DNA of 64,000 bases, from NCBI GenBank assembly GCA_030390025.1, contig CM059432.1, positions 58,778,001-58,842,000 on the forward strand. Direction: 5' to 3'. Of the stretch, positions 1 through 11,679 are shown piece after piece; the stretch's first letter is position 1; every line of letters begins with the position of its first letter. Below the pieces are notes generated by a model. The model saw only the letters and a program-made list of their open reading frames with translations. It did no database searches and was not told the DNA's origin. The stretch is from Squalus acanthias. Taxonomy: Eukaryota. The translations under genes and the position numbers were made by a program.

Positions 1-455
1 AAATGTTCAATTGACTTAGCCTCAACAGCTTTTTGGGGAAGAGAGTTTGAGATTTCCACTACCCTTTGAGTGAAGAAGTGCCCCTTTGTATTCTGGCCCC
101 CTTGAGATGAAGGCTAACATTCAATTAACCTTTTACTCCTCCATAGTTCCTAGCTTCTTACCATTTAGAAAATATTCTTATCTATCTTTCTTGGGTCCCA
201 AGTGGATGACCTCACACGTCCCCACATTGAACTCCATCTGCTACAGTCTTGCCCACTCAATCTATCAATATCCCGCTGCAACTTTCTGCTCCCATCTACA
301 CTACTTACTGCATCACCTAACTTGGTGTCGTCAGCAAATTTGGATATACGGCTGCCTATTCTTTCATCTAAGTCATTTATAAAGATAGTGAAAAGCTGAG
401 GCCCCTGCACAGATCCCTGGGGAACACCATTAGTCACATCCTTTCTCTGTCACCT
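1..455 (-). mobile_element. CR1 LINE ORF2 fragment, degraded
   Basis: Minus ORF GVPQGSVQGPQLFTIFINDLD...SKFADDTKL (RT motifs). Confidence 0.9.
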
Positions 456-1056
456 ACCTCCTAACCAAATCCCATTCTTTCTCTTTTATTTTGCTTGTGC
501 TCCCTATACAATTTTTATGTCTTTCTATTTTATTAAAGCTCATTAAAAAGAAACAAATGTACATTTCTCTTTCAAACTTGTGTAGGGCTGCTTTCAGTAA
601 GATGTCTTTCTGAAATGGTGTATTCTTTTGAAATGGTGTATTGTTTTTGAAGTTTTTTAGTACAGGCATGTTTTGGGCTGACTGAGAAGTAGCATCTGGT
701 ACCTTCAAATAATTGGGTCGGATTTTTAAATAAACACTAAACCACCCAGTTTAAGAAAAAAATAAGGTGGAGTGCGTATATAGCATACAGGTTACTTGCT
801 GACCTTGTAGCAGCAGTGACATGGGAGTGCTGAAATTTTGTTCCTTTTTTGTTTAAGTAGTCTGTCAGCTGAACTGCTTTTTACTTCACCTTTTTCCAAC
901 ACACAAAGCAAAGTAGCTTCACTTCAAAAGCATGATTTTATTAAAAAGTATATCCTGAAGCTCAATATATTTAGAATCGCATAGATATAAGGAAAATATT
1001 TTGTTCAGTGGTCAGACTATTGCATCATCAGTTAGGCCCTGAATACTGATTCTTAG

Positions 1057-1983
1057 TGTCGTCAGCAAATTTGGATATACGGCTCCCTATTCCTTCATCT
1101 AAGTCATTTGTAAATGTACTGAAAAGCTGAGGCCCCAGTATAGACAGATTAAGTGAGTGGGCAATAAGGTGGCAGATGGAGTATAATGTGGGGAAATGAG
1201 TTATTCACTTTGGTAGGAAGAATAGAAAAACAGAATATTTTTTAAATGGTGAGAAACTATTTAATGTTGGTGTACAGAGAGATTTAGGTGTCCTCATACA
1301 GGAAACAGTTAGCATACAGGTACAGCAAGCAATTAGGAAGGCAAATGGCATGTTGGCCTTTATTGCAAGGGGGTTGGAGTAGAAGAATAAGGAAGTCTTG
1401 CTACAATTGTACAGGGCTTTGGAGAGATCACACCTGGAGTACTGTGTGCAGTTTTAGTCTCCTTGTCTGAGGAAAGATATATTTGCCTTGGAGGTGGTGC
1501 AATGAATGTTCACTAAATTGATTCCCGGATGAGAGGGTTGTCCTATGAGAAGAGATTGTGTAGAATGGGCCTATACTCTCTGGAGTTTAGAAGAATGAGA
1601 GGTGATCTCATTGAAACATATAAGATTCTGAGGGGAATTGACAGGTTAGATACTGAGGTTTCCCCTGGCTGGAGTGTCTAGAACTAGGGGGCATAGTCTC
1701 AAGATAAGGGGTCAGCCATTTAAAACTGAGATAAGGAGGAATTTCTTCATTCAGAGGGTTGTGACTATTTGGCATTCTCTACCACGAAGGGCTGTTAATG
1801 CTGAATCGTTGAGTGTGTTCAAAGCTAAGAAGGATAGACTTTAGACTCATGGGGAATCAAGGGATATGGAGATCGGGTGGAAAAGTGGAGTTAAGATTGA
1901 AGATCAGCCAAGATCTTCTTGAATGGTGGAGCAGGCTCGAGGGGCTGTTTGGCCTACTCCTGCTCCTAATTCTTACGTTCTTC
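1057..1983 (+). mobile_element. 5'-truncated CR1 LINE; segment 1057-1140 is inverted
   Basis: 1141-1983 is CR1 RT C-terminus plus 3' UTR ending ggcctactcctgctcctaattcttacgttctt; 1057-1140 is the reverse complement of the upstream GPQLF..FADDT segment. Confidence 0.88.
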
Positions 1984-3018
1984 AAACTTGTACAACATTT
2001 AATTCTATGCCCAAATGCTCACAGCAAGATGGGAAATGTTAAGAATGACATATGGCTTTACGAAGCCTTTGTTACATCAGTTTTGTAGTTGTAAAGTATG
2101 TGTTTATCAACTCTTGTGTAACATATTCCCACAGCAATCTTAGCCTTTCTGTAGCTTTTATAGTATATATTTTATAGTGCCTTTCTTAACATTTATAGTA
2201 ATGTTGCCATGATTGAGCTTCGCTGGCACTTTTGCTAATTGTAACGGGCATTCTGTATGTTGGCTTATTGAGGAACTTTAAAAATGGTGTTTCCAATATT
2301 GCAATGTTAGCAAAGAGCCCACGGTTTCATTAGCTCTTCAACAAAATACAACTTGCATTGGGTTACTAGTGAGCAGAGGATGCACAGTGCCCTGTTTTCC
2401 CTGCCAGGAGAGCAATATTGGCTTGGCACTAACACTAACTTGCTAACATTCCATTGTTCTAAAGTAGTGATTTTCACACTTTTATTTCCTGTTGAAGACC
2501 CTCTGAATATTGATAAACTGCCAGGACCTCCGGCCACATTGCAGAAAATATTTTTTAATATACAGCCACATTAATGTTTGTCAACAAGTATAGAAAAATT
2601 TGGAGATCTGTTGCTAGATGAACAGTAACCTGATAACTTGGGGTTTCCTGTGATCTCTGGGGTCCAAAAACCATAGAATCCTAACCAAAAGCTCAGGGAG
2701 CTGCAACCTCTCTTTCCGCCAGTGCTTGATATTTTCATGGGGATAGGAGAGGCCTCCTGCAGTTTTCAGAACTGTCCACATTTGCATTGTAGAAATCTGT
2801 ATTTGTGACTGATGTATTGATTACTTAAATCCTAAGACTTTGGGAACTAGGGTTTCAAAATTTTGACTACAGAAAGTTCTAGTGCATTAAAAAAAAAATC
2901 AATAGTGCTTTAACTTAAACATTTTTAAATATACAATTAAGGATGCTTTTTAGAAAAAGATCATGTTGGTAGAAAGCAGTTAGCTTACTTGCTGATGTTT
3001 TATATAGCCGATTACACA

Positions 3019-3762
3019 GGCCGGATTTTCCGGGGCCTATGACTGCGTACGTGGCCGTAAGTGCCCTGCAAGTTCCAGGTTTCCCCATGCGATGCGCATG
3101 CGTGAAAACCCAGAACTTGCGATCTGTCAAGTTTCAGCTAGACTGATCCACCGCATCCCCGGGAAATGGACATTCGCTGGCGGAGAGTTGGGCTATTTGC
3201 CCAACTACTGCCCAGCGAATGCCCGTGAAACTCTTGCACCTGGTAAAAGCAGGCGTAGGGCCTTCTTTTATCAGCGGAAGAGTTTAAATAAATATTTTTT
3301 TAAAATTATTTAAACACTAAAAAACCTTTAAAATTGGTTATCGGTTATTTTTAGCCCCTTTAAAACATTTAAATTTATTTTTCAAAATTAAATTTTTGTT
3401 TAAAATACAATTAAATTAAACATTTAAATTCATTTTGAATATGTAATTTAATTTTATTGAACCGGTGTAATTCTGTTTTTAGGAGATTCCTATTCATGCT
3501 TATGGAGATTCTGTACGTAAATTGAATCCCCATAAGCATAATGGGGATCCCCTTTTTGATTGGTTGGCCTAGCCCATGTGATCCCAGGGGTGCTTGCAAA
3601 CCGCATGCACTCCTAGGTATACGTGGGCCTTTACGCAGGCGTACGCATAGAGGCCCAGGAGTGCAAGTGTTCGGACCTCCGGGACCATCAGGTAGGTTCG
3701 TACTTTTCTTGCGGTTCGGAGGCATTCGCGCGCGGGAAGCCTTCGACCACAAATTCGGGCCC
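3019..3762 (+). mobile_element. Non-autonomous PIF/Harbinger-type element (MITE family A)
   Basis: Termini GGCCGGATTTT...AAATTCGGGCCC, 3-bp TSD ACA, CpG-rich arms with hairpins, AT-rich core; homologous to 10738-11470 and 37321-38256. Confidence 0.8.
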
Positions 3763-5389
3763 ACAGTAGTGTAGCTTCTAAGAAACACTTGGTTTGTATA
3801 GCTGTAGCACTGGTTACTGTTGGATCACTTCAAGGAATTGTGTAGATAACCTTTTGTTGAAAAATGTAATTTATTTTTTTAATTAATCCCTTTTATTATT
3901 AAAGCTGAAGCTACACTAGGTTAATGATAGGCAAGCTGAGCAGGGTTTTTAACATTAGAATCATTAAAAACCTTATATGACAGTAAACACTAAACTGAAT
4001 GCTGTTGCCTGGGTAGATGCAAGGGATGCTATCTTCTTTTCATTTTCTCATCAAACAGTCTTCAAGTCTGGCAATGAAACTGGAAGGGCATAGCCTAATT
4101 ATTTCTACCAGCAGAAGAGTAACGAGCCTCGTACAAATCATAGGCTTTATAAGTAGACATTTAATGCCAGCCGTCAGCGTAAAAGGGGAATAGGAGATTC
4201 TGAGAGTGCTGATTATTACCTCTCCACTGCTGGGGCTCAGCTTTTGTGCAAACTGAGATGTCATTCTGAAATTGATTGCAATAGCCATGAAAATTGCAGT
4301 CAAAATTATAGCCTTTGCAGAAAAACGTTAATTAATGCTATCATAAAATAGCACTATTCTTGCAGAATTACCACTTTTGAATGGTAGGAAAATGTGCCAC
4401 CCTTGGCGTTATTCCAATGTTAAATAAACTATTTGAAATAAATATAATTAAATTGGGAGCATTAGTTCTGGGGATTATTGTTTGCTTTACTTTTAACAGT
4501 CAAAAATAATAACGGTTACTCATAAAATAAATTTGTAACAATTGGCAAAAATATAACTAGTACAAGTTCACTCCAGGAATAAAACTGAGCTAACTTATGT
4601 CAGGAACATAATTCAGAAATGCTCTATAATAGACACTTCAGCCATGTTTTGAAATTGTAGCTGATAGATAAATGTCAAGTGAAAATATAAAATTCTGTAA
4701 TAGGTAGACATTGAATTATTTCTGTTCCATTCTTTCACAGCTGTGACTGGAACTTTCCTTACAATGTTTATTTTGATTTTAATGAGAATTTTTGATTTAA
4801 ATTTGTCAGGTTTTCTTGGAAAACAAAATAGATTTAAAGGAAAAAGCAACAGGTGCAAGTACTAGATAGTGTTGTAAAATTAGTTTAAGTATTCATATTT
4901 TACAGGGTTGTTGTATGAAGGTTGTGTCCTCCATTTCATTATTCAAGTGCTACATTTTTAATCCACCAGATGTCTGCCTGCTATAGAATGCATTCTCGCC
5001 TATAGGTACACGCCCAATGCCTAGAGAACTTAGGCACAGATTGGACAGAGCCATTGTTTGGGGGTACCCAACTATGTGAATGGGTAAAGTTGAAGTTTAA
5101 TCAGTAAGGACCGTACATATTGCCAGCACAGGGCATTAATGATTCCCATTCCCATTGCTTGTCCAGCTAGGAGCAACCGACCCCTTAGAGCATTGACTTG
5201 CGAGGTTATCTGGAGCTGAATCGTAAGAATCCCAACACCAAGTGACATTCCTCCCCTTCCAGGTCCCATGAATGATCCAGATTGTCTGGGCAATCAACAG
5301 CGCCCTGGAATACTTCAACTGAAAATTCTATCTTCACAACCCATGCATGTTCCTATCCTAATTAATACTTTGTATATCATCTACCCTAG

Positions 5390-5511
5390 TTTGTCAAGTT
5401 TGCAAACATCGAGGAAGACACTGCTTCATATCACAGGCGCTATGACTTCTTTGTGTCTCGATTCAGTGCAATGTGCCATTCTTACATTGATGATCTGGAA
5501 ACCAGAACTAA
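5390..5511 (+). CDS. EFR3A: EFR3A internal coding exon (FVKFANIEEDTASYHRRYDFFVSRFSAMCHSYIDDLETRT-K)
   Basis: Acceptor ccctag|TTT, donor AA|gtgagt; 122 nt; peptide matches the EFR3 N-terminal ARM region; ends in phase 2 and joins the next exon in frame. Confidence 0.96.
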
Positions 5512-6569
5512 GTGAGTACATTAGGCTAGTCCTAATTTTAGTCATTCTGTTGTGCATGTCATTCATTGAGATGTGAAAAATATTGTTTTAAAATGCTTTC
5601 TTGAATCACTTTCAGATATTTTACTGCTTATTACATATCATTGTTTTGGTGGTTAGTTTGCACAGAATGCTGTTAAATATCCCAATAGACATTTTCTAGT
5701 GTTTGACGGTACAGATGGCTTTCTGATGCAAATGAATCTTGATCAGATTGATGTAGACCGGTTTTCACACAACGCCTTCACACAACTGTCATCAAGAGCT
5801 ACAGTTCTCAGTTTTTAAAAATAAAAACCCTTAAAACTTGAAATTTTTGTGACCAAGAAGAGTGCTAATTTAATCCCTGGAAAAATGTGCTAATTAATGC
5901 AGAAAAGTATTCTGATGACGCAAGCTGTGTTTCAGTGGCACTATGTTTCTATTTTAGTACAGCTTGCAGTACATTTAATATATGTAAAGTTTATTCTGTA
6001 GGTGTTTAATTTGCAAGTTGATGGTCAGTCACTTGCAAAAGTAAACTCAATCCACATTATAACCTACTGATTTACAGCTTCTGTAATTTTGTAATGTGTA
6101 CATGATTATTTTAAATTTAGAAGGACAAAAATGTATTGTCCTTGAGTGTTTGCACCTGGTATTCGATGACCGTCGAAGCCACCCACATTACATGGTTGTT
6201 CAAAGGTGAATGTATAGATCTATAAATTGTATCAGATTTCTAGTATTTAGCATTATATATAGCGCATTTTATTGACTGACGCCAACCTATAGTTATTTTG
6301 ACAAGTCATTTATTGCATATTTAACTGGAACATAAGAAAAGGATGTTCAGCCCATTGAAGTTCATGTCTCCGCTATTTTAAATCTCATTATGGCATCTAT
6401 TTTATATTTTGAATAGCCTAGTAGTCTTGCTTCCATTGCCTTGATTAGTAGATTGTTCCAAACATTTGTGTCACTTTGAATACACACATTTTTCCAATTC
6501 TGGATTCTAAATTTTCTTTTCACCCATTGTCATCTCGTCTAGTTAGGAAGTTATTGATTGTACACACAT

Positions 6570-6975
6570 GTCTGAAAATTAGAGCTGGGCATTTAGAAGT
6601 GAAATCAGGAAGCACCTTTCTCACACAGGTTAGTGGAAATCTGGAACTTGCTCCCCCAAAAGGCTGTGGACGCTGAGTCAATTGGAAACTATCAAGATTG
6701 TGATGAATAGATTTTTCTGACGAAAGGTCATCGACCTGAAACGTTAACTCTCTCTCCACAGATGCTGCCTGACCTGAGTGTTTCCATCATTTTCTGTGTT
6801 TATTTCAGATTTCCAGTATCTGCAGTATTTTGCTTTTTTATTAAGATTTTTGTTGGGTAAGGGTATTGAACAAAAGCAGACAAATGGAGTTGAAGTACAG
6901 ATCAGCCATGATATAATTGAATGGCAAAACAATATTGAGGGGCTGAATGGCCTATTTCTGTTCCTATGTTATGTT
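6570..6975 (+). mobile_element. Old CR1 3' end interrupted by a Penelope-derived insertion
   Basis: CR1 3' UTR gatcagccatgat...gggctgaatggcctatttctgttcctatgtt. Confidence 0.75.
6717..6843 (+). mobile_element. Penelope-like pseudo-LTR fragment with hammerhead ribozyme core
   Basis: CTGACGA-A-AGGTC-ATC-GACCT-GAAACGTTA; 8-bp TSD AGATTTTT at 6709-6716 and 6844-6851; same sequence as the arms of 35217-35424. Confidence 0.75.
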
Positions 6976-7645
6976 AGTAATGTTTGTCTTTTTTTCCTTT
7001 TAGTTAAATATTCAAGTTTTGCTTTCCTGCGTTCATTGCCCATTCATTAAAGTTCAGTGTTGCACAGCAATTACAAAATGTGTGTATTATATATGGGCAC
7101 AAATGCTTGTAGTTTTAGGGGGGCGTAATGAGAGTATCTGATACCTAATATCTATGTTGAGAAATGCAGTGGCACTTTGACATCAAAATACCCTATGGAT
7201 AGTAATTTTTAACCTGCAGAGGAATATTCAGAGATCTGTGACCTAAAAAGTATTCTGTATTTGTCTGTATTCTGATTGTCAATTTCCTGTAGATCTCTAA
7301 TTCTGTTTCTAGTAAAAAGCTAATACTTAGAATATGATTTCCCCTGTGGGGTTCCATACTTAGGGTTCCAGAACACTGATACTTTTCTAAAATGACACCG
7401 TATCGTTGTTTCCTAGGCTTATCTGCATACCCCTGTTTCTCCTAGTACTTGGGTACAATTCTACCAGAATGACTGGGCCAATTTGGATCAGTTGACTTTG
7501 ACACCGTCCAGTGAAGACAAACTATGGAGTCCCCTTAGTTACTGAATGGACTTTTTTCATCCAACCTGTTGTGGTCCACATCCCAATCATGTATGATCAA
7601 TCTCCCACATAGCCAAGGGAGATGGCAATGAACCCAGGCATCATT

Positions 7646-10429
7646 GGACCAAATTTTGCTGTAAAAATAATGGCGTGTTAACGATGCACGCTGTAACTAA
7701 TGCACAAATCAGCCAGCAAGTTCAGGAAAATAAGATACGCCCTGAGTTGCGAATCTCTAGAACTTGCTGGTTGATTTACCAGTTCTGCTTCACACTAATG
7801 GCATCTCGCCCTTAGCCTCCCTGTTACTTTTAAGAACATGATGGATTCGCACATTAATTGTCTAATAAACTCACCTCAAAGTTAAGGCTGGAACTTAACA
7901 GCAAAAGTACCTTTTTTAATGTGATAATTCTTAATGCAATGCCAATCAAACTCTGGCCCAGAAATGGAACAATTTAAACAGTTCAGTCTCATTCTTGCAT
8001 GTAGTAAATTCTTCTTGAAGATTTTAAAAATCAAATTTAAAATGTTTAATTTTTCTTTACCTTTTTTTTTCTCTCTCAATCTAATCTTTCTTTCATTGTC
8101 ATTTCTCTTTTTGTACCTGATTTGGCTCTAATCGCATGGATGAACTACAGAATTTGTTCATCCCTGTCTGGCATAAAAATAAAACAAAGGTGACTCAACT
8201 GTGGCTAACAAGGGAAATTAGGGATAGCATAAGATCCAAGGAGAGGACATATAAATTGGCCAGAAAAAGCAGCAAACCTGAGGATTAGGATTCAGCAAAG
8301 GAGGACAAAGGGATTAATTAAGAGGGGGAAAATAGAATGAGAGTAAGCTTGCAGGGAACATAAAAACTGACTGTAAAAGCTTCTATAGATATGTGAAGAG
8401 AAAAAGATTGGTGAAGTCAAGCGTAGGTCCCTTGCAGTCAGAATCAGGGGAATTTATAATGGGGAACAAAGAAATGGCAGACCAATTAAATACATACTTT
8501 GGTTCTGTCTTCGCAAAGGAGGACACAAATAAACTCCCAGAGATGTCGGGGAACATAGGGTCTAATGAGAGGGAGGAACTGAATGAAATCACTATTTGTA
8601 GGGAAATGGTGTTAGGGAAATTGACAGGATTGAAGGCCGATAAATCCCCAGGGCCTGATAAACTACATCCTAGGGTACTTAAGGAAGTGGCCCTAGAAAT
8701 AGTAGATGCATTGCTGGTCATCTTCCAAAACTCTATAGACTCGAACAGTTCCCATGGATTGGAGGGTAGCTAATGTAACCCCACTATTTAAAAAAGGTGG
8801 GAGAGAGAAAACGGGGAATTATAGCCTGACATTGGTAGTGGGGAAAATGCTAGAGTTCATTATAAAAGATGTAATAGCAGAGCACTTGGAAAACAGTGAC
8901 AGGATTGGACAAAGTCAACATGGATTTACAAAAGGTAAATCATGCTTGACTAATCTACTGGAATTTTTTGAGGATGTAACTGGTAGAATAGATAAGGGAG
9001 AACCAGTGGATGTGGTGTATTTGGACTTTCAGAAGGCTTTTGATAAGGTCCCGCATAAGAGATTAGTGTGCAAAGTTAAAGCACATGGGATTGGGGGTAA
9101 GGTACTGACTTGGATAGAGAACTGGTTGGCAGACAGGAAGCAAAGAGTTGGAATAAACGGGTCTTTTTCCAAGTGGCAGGCAGTGACTAGTGGGGTACCG
9201 CAGGGATCGGTCCTAGGACCCCAGTTGTTCACTATAAATGAACTAGATGTAATATCTCCAAGTTTGCAGACGACACAAAGCTGGGTGGGCGTGTGTGCTG
9301 TGAGGAGGATGCAGAGAAACTCCAGTATGATTTGGACAGGTTGGGTGATTTGGGCAGATGCATGGCAGATGCAGTATAATGTGGATAAATGTGAGGTTAT
9401 CCACTTTGGTGGCAAAAACAGGAAGGCAGATTATTATTTGAACGGCAATAGATTGGGAAAAGGGGAAGTGCAACGAGACCTGGGTGTCCTTGTGCACCAG
9501 TCGCTGAAGGTAAGCATGCAGGTGCAGCAGGCGGTTAAGAAGGCAAATGGTATGTTGGCCTTCATAGTGAAAGTGTTTGAGTATAGGAGCAGGGATGTCC
9601 TGCTGCAGTTGTACAGGGCCTTGGTGAGACCACACCTTGAGTACTGTGTGCAGTTTTGGTTGCCTTATCTGAGGAAGGATGTTCTTGCCATGGAGGGAGT
9701 GCAGCGAAGATTTACCAGACTGATACCTGGGATGGCAGGAATGACGTATGAAGGGAGATTTGGTCGATTGGGCTTGCATTCGCTAGAGTTCAGAAGAATA
9801 TGGGGGGATCTATTTGAAACTTATAAAATTCTAACAGGACTAGACAGACTAGATACAGGAAGGATGTTCCTGATGGCGGGGGAGTCCAGAACCAGGGGTC
9901 ACAGTCTAAGGATAAGGGGTAAGCCATTTAGGACTGAGATGAGGAGGAATTTTTTCACCCAGAGAGTGGTAAACTGTGGAATTCTCTACCACAGAGGACA
10001 GTTGAGTCCAATTCATTAAATATATTCAAGAAGGAGTTAAGATATATTTCTTAAGGCTAAGGGGATCAAGGGATATGGGGAGAAAGCAGGGACAGGGTAC
10101 TGAATTTGGATGATCAGTCATGATGGCATTGAATGGCGGAGCAGGCTCGAGGGGCCGAATGGCCTACTCCTGCTCCTATCTTCTATGTTTAATTCACCCT
10201 CTTTCTCTGTCATTCCTGTTTCTTTCTTGATCCTTAAATCTTGTTGGTTTGGAGATAGACTGTTGGTCCTGCCATTCGCTAAGGTCCCAGATGGCCCGTT
10301 GTCCTCACCACGCAGGTGTCAGCTTGCACTTCCAACAGGTTATGGTGCAAAAAATTTTGAGATGAAAGGCGCAGAAAAAGTCTACTGGGGCACGCCATGG
10401 GAATTGCCCGCTCAAGCAAGATTTGACTG
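7646..10429 (+). mobile_element. Harbinger-type MITE (family B) split by a CR1 insertion
   Basis: Left terminus GGACCAAATTTTGCTG; both halves (7646-8131 and about 10189-10429) align with the reverse complement of 57190-57869. Confidence 0.7.
8132..10188 (+). mobile_element. 5'-truncated CR1 LINE, ORF2 RT with frameshifts and deletions
   Basis: ORFs 8393-8773 and 8754-10019 ([29 protein letters not shown]); FADD motif out of frame; CR1 3' UTR and tail. Confidence 0.95.
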
Positions 10430-10737
10430 TGTTCTATTCAACACAAAAATTATACAGTTGATCATTGAATCTATTTAATATATTCAAATATCTTACAGCA
10501 TTGGTCAACCTGTACTTTAAATTTTTTTTACTTCAAATGTCACATTAATTTAAGAACTGAATTAGTCTAGGATGAATTTTGCTTACAAACATTTTGTGAA
10601 GCTTTTGATAAGTAACGAGAATCTTTAATTTTTGTTCTGAATTCTAACTAACCAAATACTGTGACTCTTGCCATGTTCCTTTGTGTTGCAAGTATTCAAC
10701 TATTGAAATATTTTCTCTGGCATCCAAAACAGGTAAT

Positions 10738-11470
10738 GGCCCATATTTTCCAATCGCAGGCTTCCTGCGATCTGGAAAAATGTGCGCCCTTACCTGAGGG
10801 CTCCTGGGACGCGCATGCTTCTGCTCCTGGGCCTTGCCAAACTTGAAGTGCGCAGGGCCCACATATCCCAGGGGCGCATGTAGTTCGCAGCGTCCCTGGG
10901 ATCACGTGGGCCATGGGAAGCCAATCACAAGGGAATCTCTCTTCATACATTTGACAGGAAGACCTGTCAAATATATGAATGGAGATCAATGAAAAAACGT
11001 AGTAAAACTTTAAATAATTTTTTTTTTTAAATCACATTTTTAAAATGAATTGAAATTACAATAAATTAAGTATTTTAAACAAATTAAATTTTTTGAAAAA
11101 AATAGTTAGTTTTTTACATGGCTAAAAATAAACTTAAAAAAAAAAGTATTTTTAAATGATAAATCAGTGAGAAATATTTTTTTTACTTTTTTCTACTCTT
11201 ATCCTGGTTAAAAATAGGCCTTATGCCTGCTTCTACCAGGCGTAAGAATTGTAAGGGTTTTCTGCGGGCAGCGGGTCTCCACAAAGCGGAACTATCCGCC
11301 CGCAGAGGCCCTTCTCCAGGGCAGCCGGAGGATCTGTCAAGCATTCTTGACAGATCGGAGATGCTGGTTTTCAGCGCATGCGCTGTGCATGCCTGAAACC
11401 GGCACTTCCGATGTCCCTACAGGTGGGTACACAGCGCGTACCCACCCGTAGGGATCGGAATATCTGGGCC
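10738..11470 (-). mobile_element. Harbinger-type MITE family A, inverted copy
   Basis: TIRs GGCCCATATTTTCC and GGCCCAGATATTCC (12/14), TSD AAT on both sides. Confidence 0.85.
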
Positions 11471-11679
11471 AATGTGTGTATATCAAACAGTGGTTTTGAA
11501 AATGCTTTTAAGCAGTATTGTGCTGTTTTTTTGTTTCTGAATTCAAAACTTGAAACCAGCAAATATCTCGTTTATTTTTGACACTTTTTTGAAAAAATTA
11601 ATTTTTATTTATGCATTTTAAATGATGAGTAAGTTGTTTCATAAGGTATTACATAGGAGGCTCCTCTGATTAAGATATA

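Noticed and set aside
4980..5340. Antisense nested exon in a GC-richer patch
   Set aside because: All frames are short and unrecognisable, with no coherent splice pair.
5350..5389. Possible minor (U12) intron because of a weak pyrimidine tract
   Set aside because: No TCCTTAAC branch consensus; CTAAT fits U2, and all donors in the window are U2-type. The upstream donor is outside the window.
6121..6205. Cryptic or poison exon (tttag|AAGG...AAAG|gtgaat)
   Set aside because: Splice signals are weak, there is an early in-frame stop, and the sequence alone gives no support.
8754..10019. 421-aa ORF as a functional reverse transcriptase
   Set aside because: 5'-truncated CR1; the catalytic FADD motif is out of frame and there are internal deletions.
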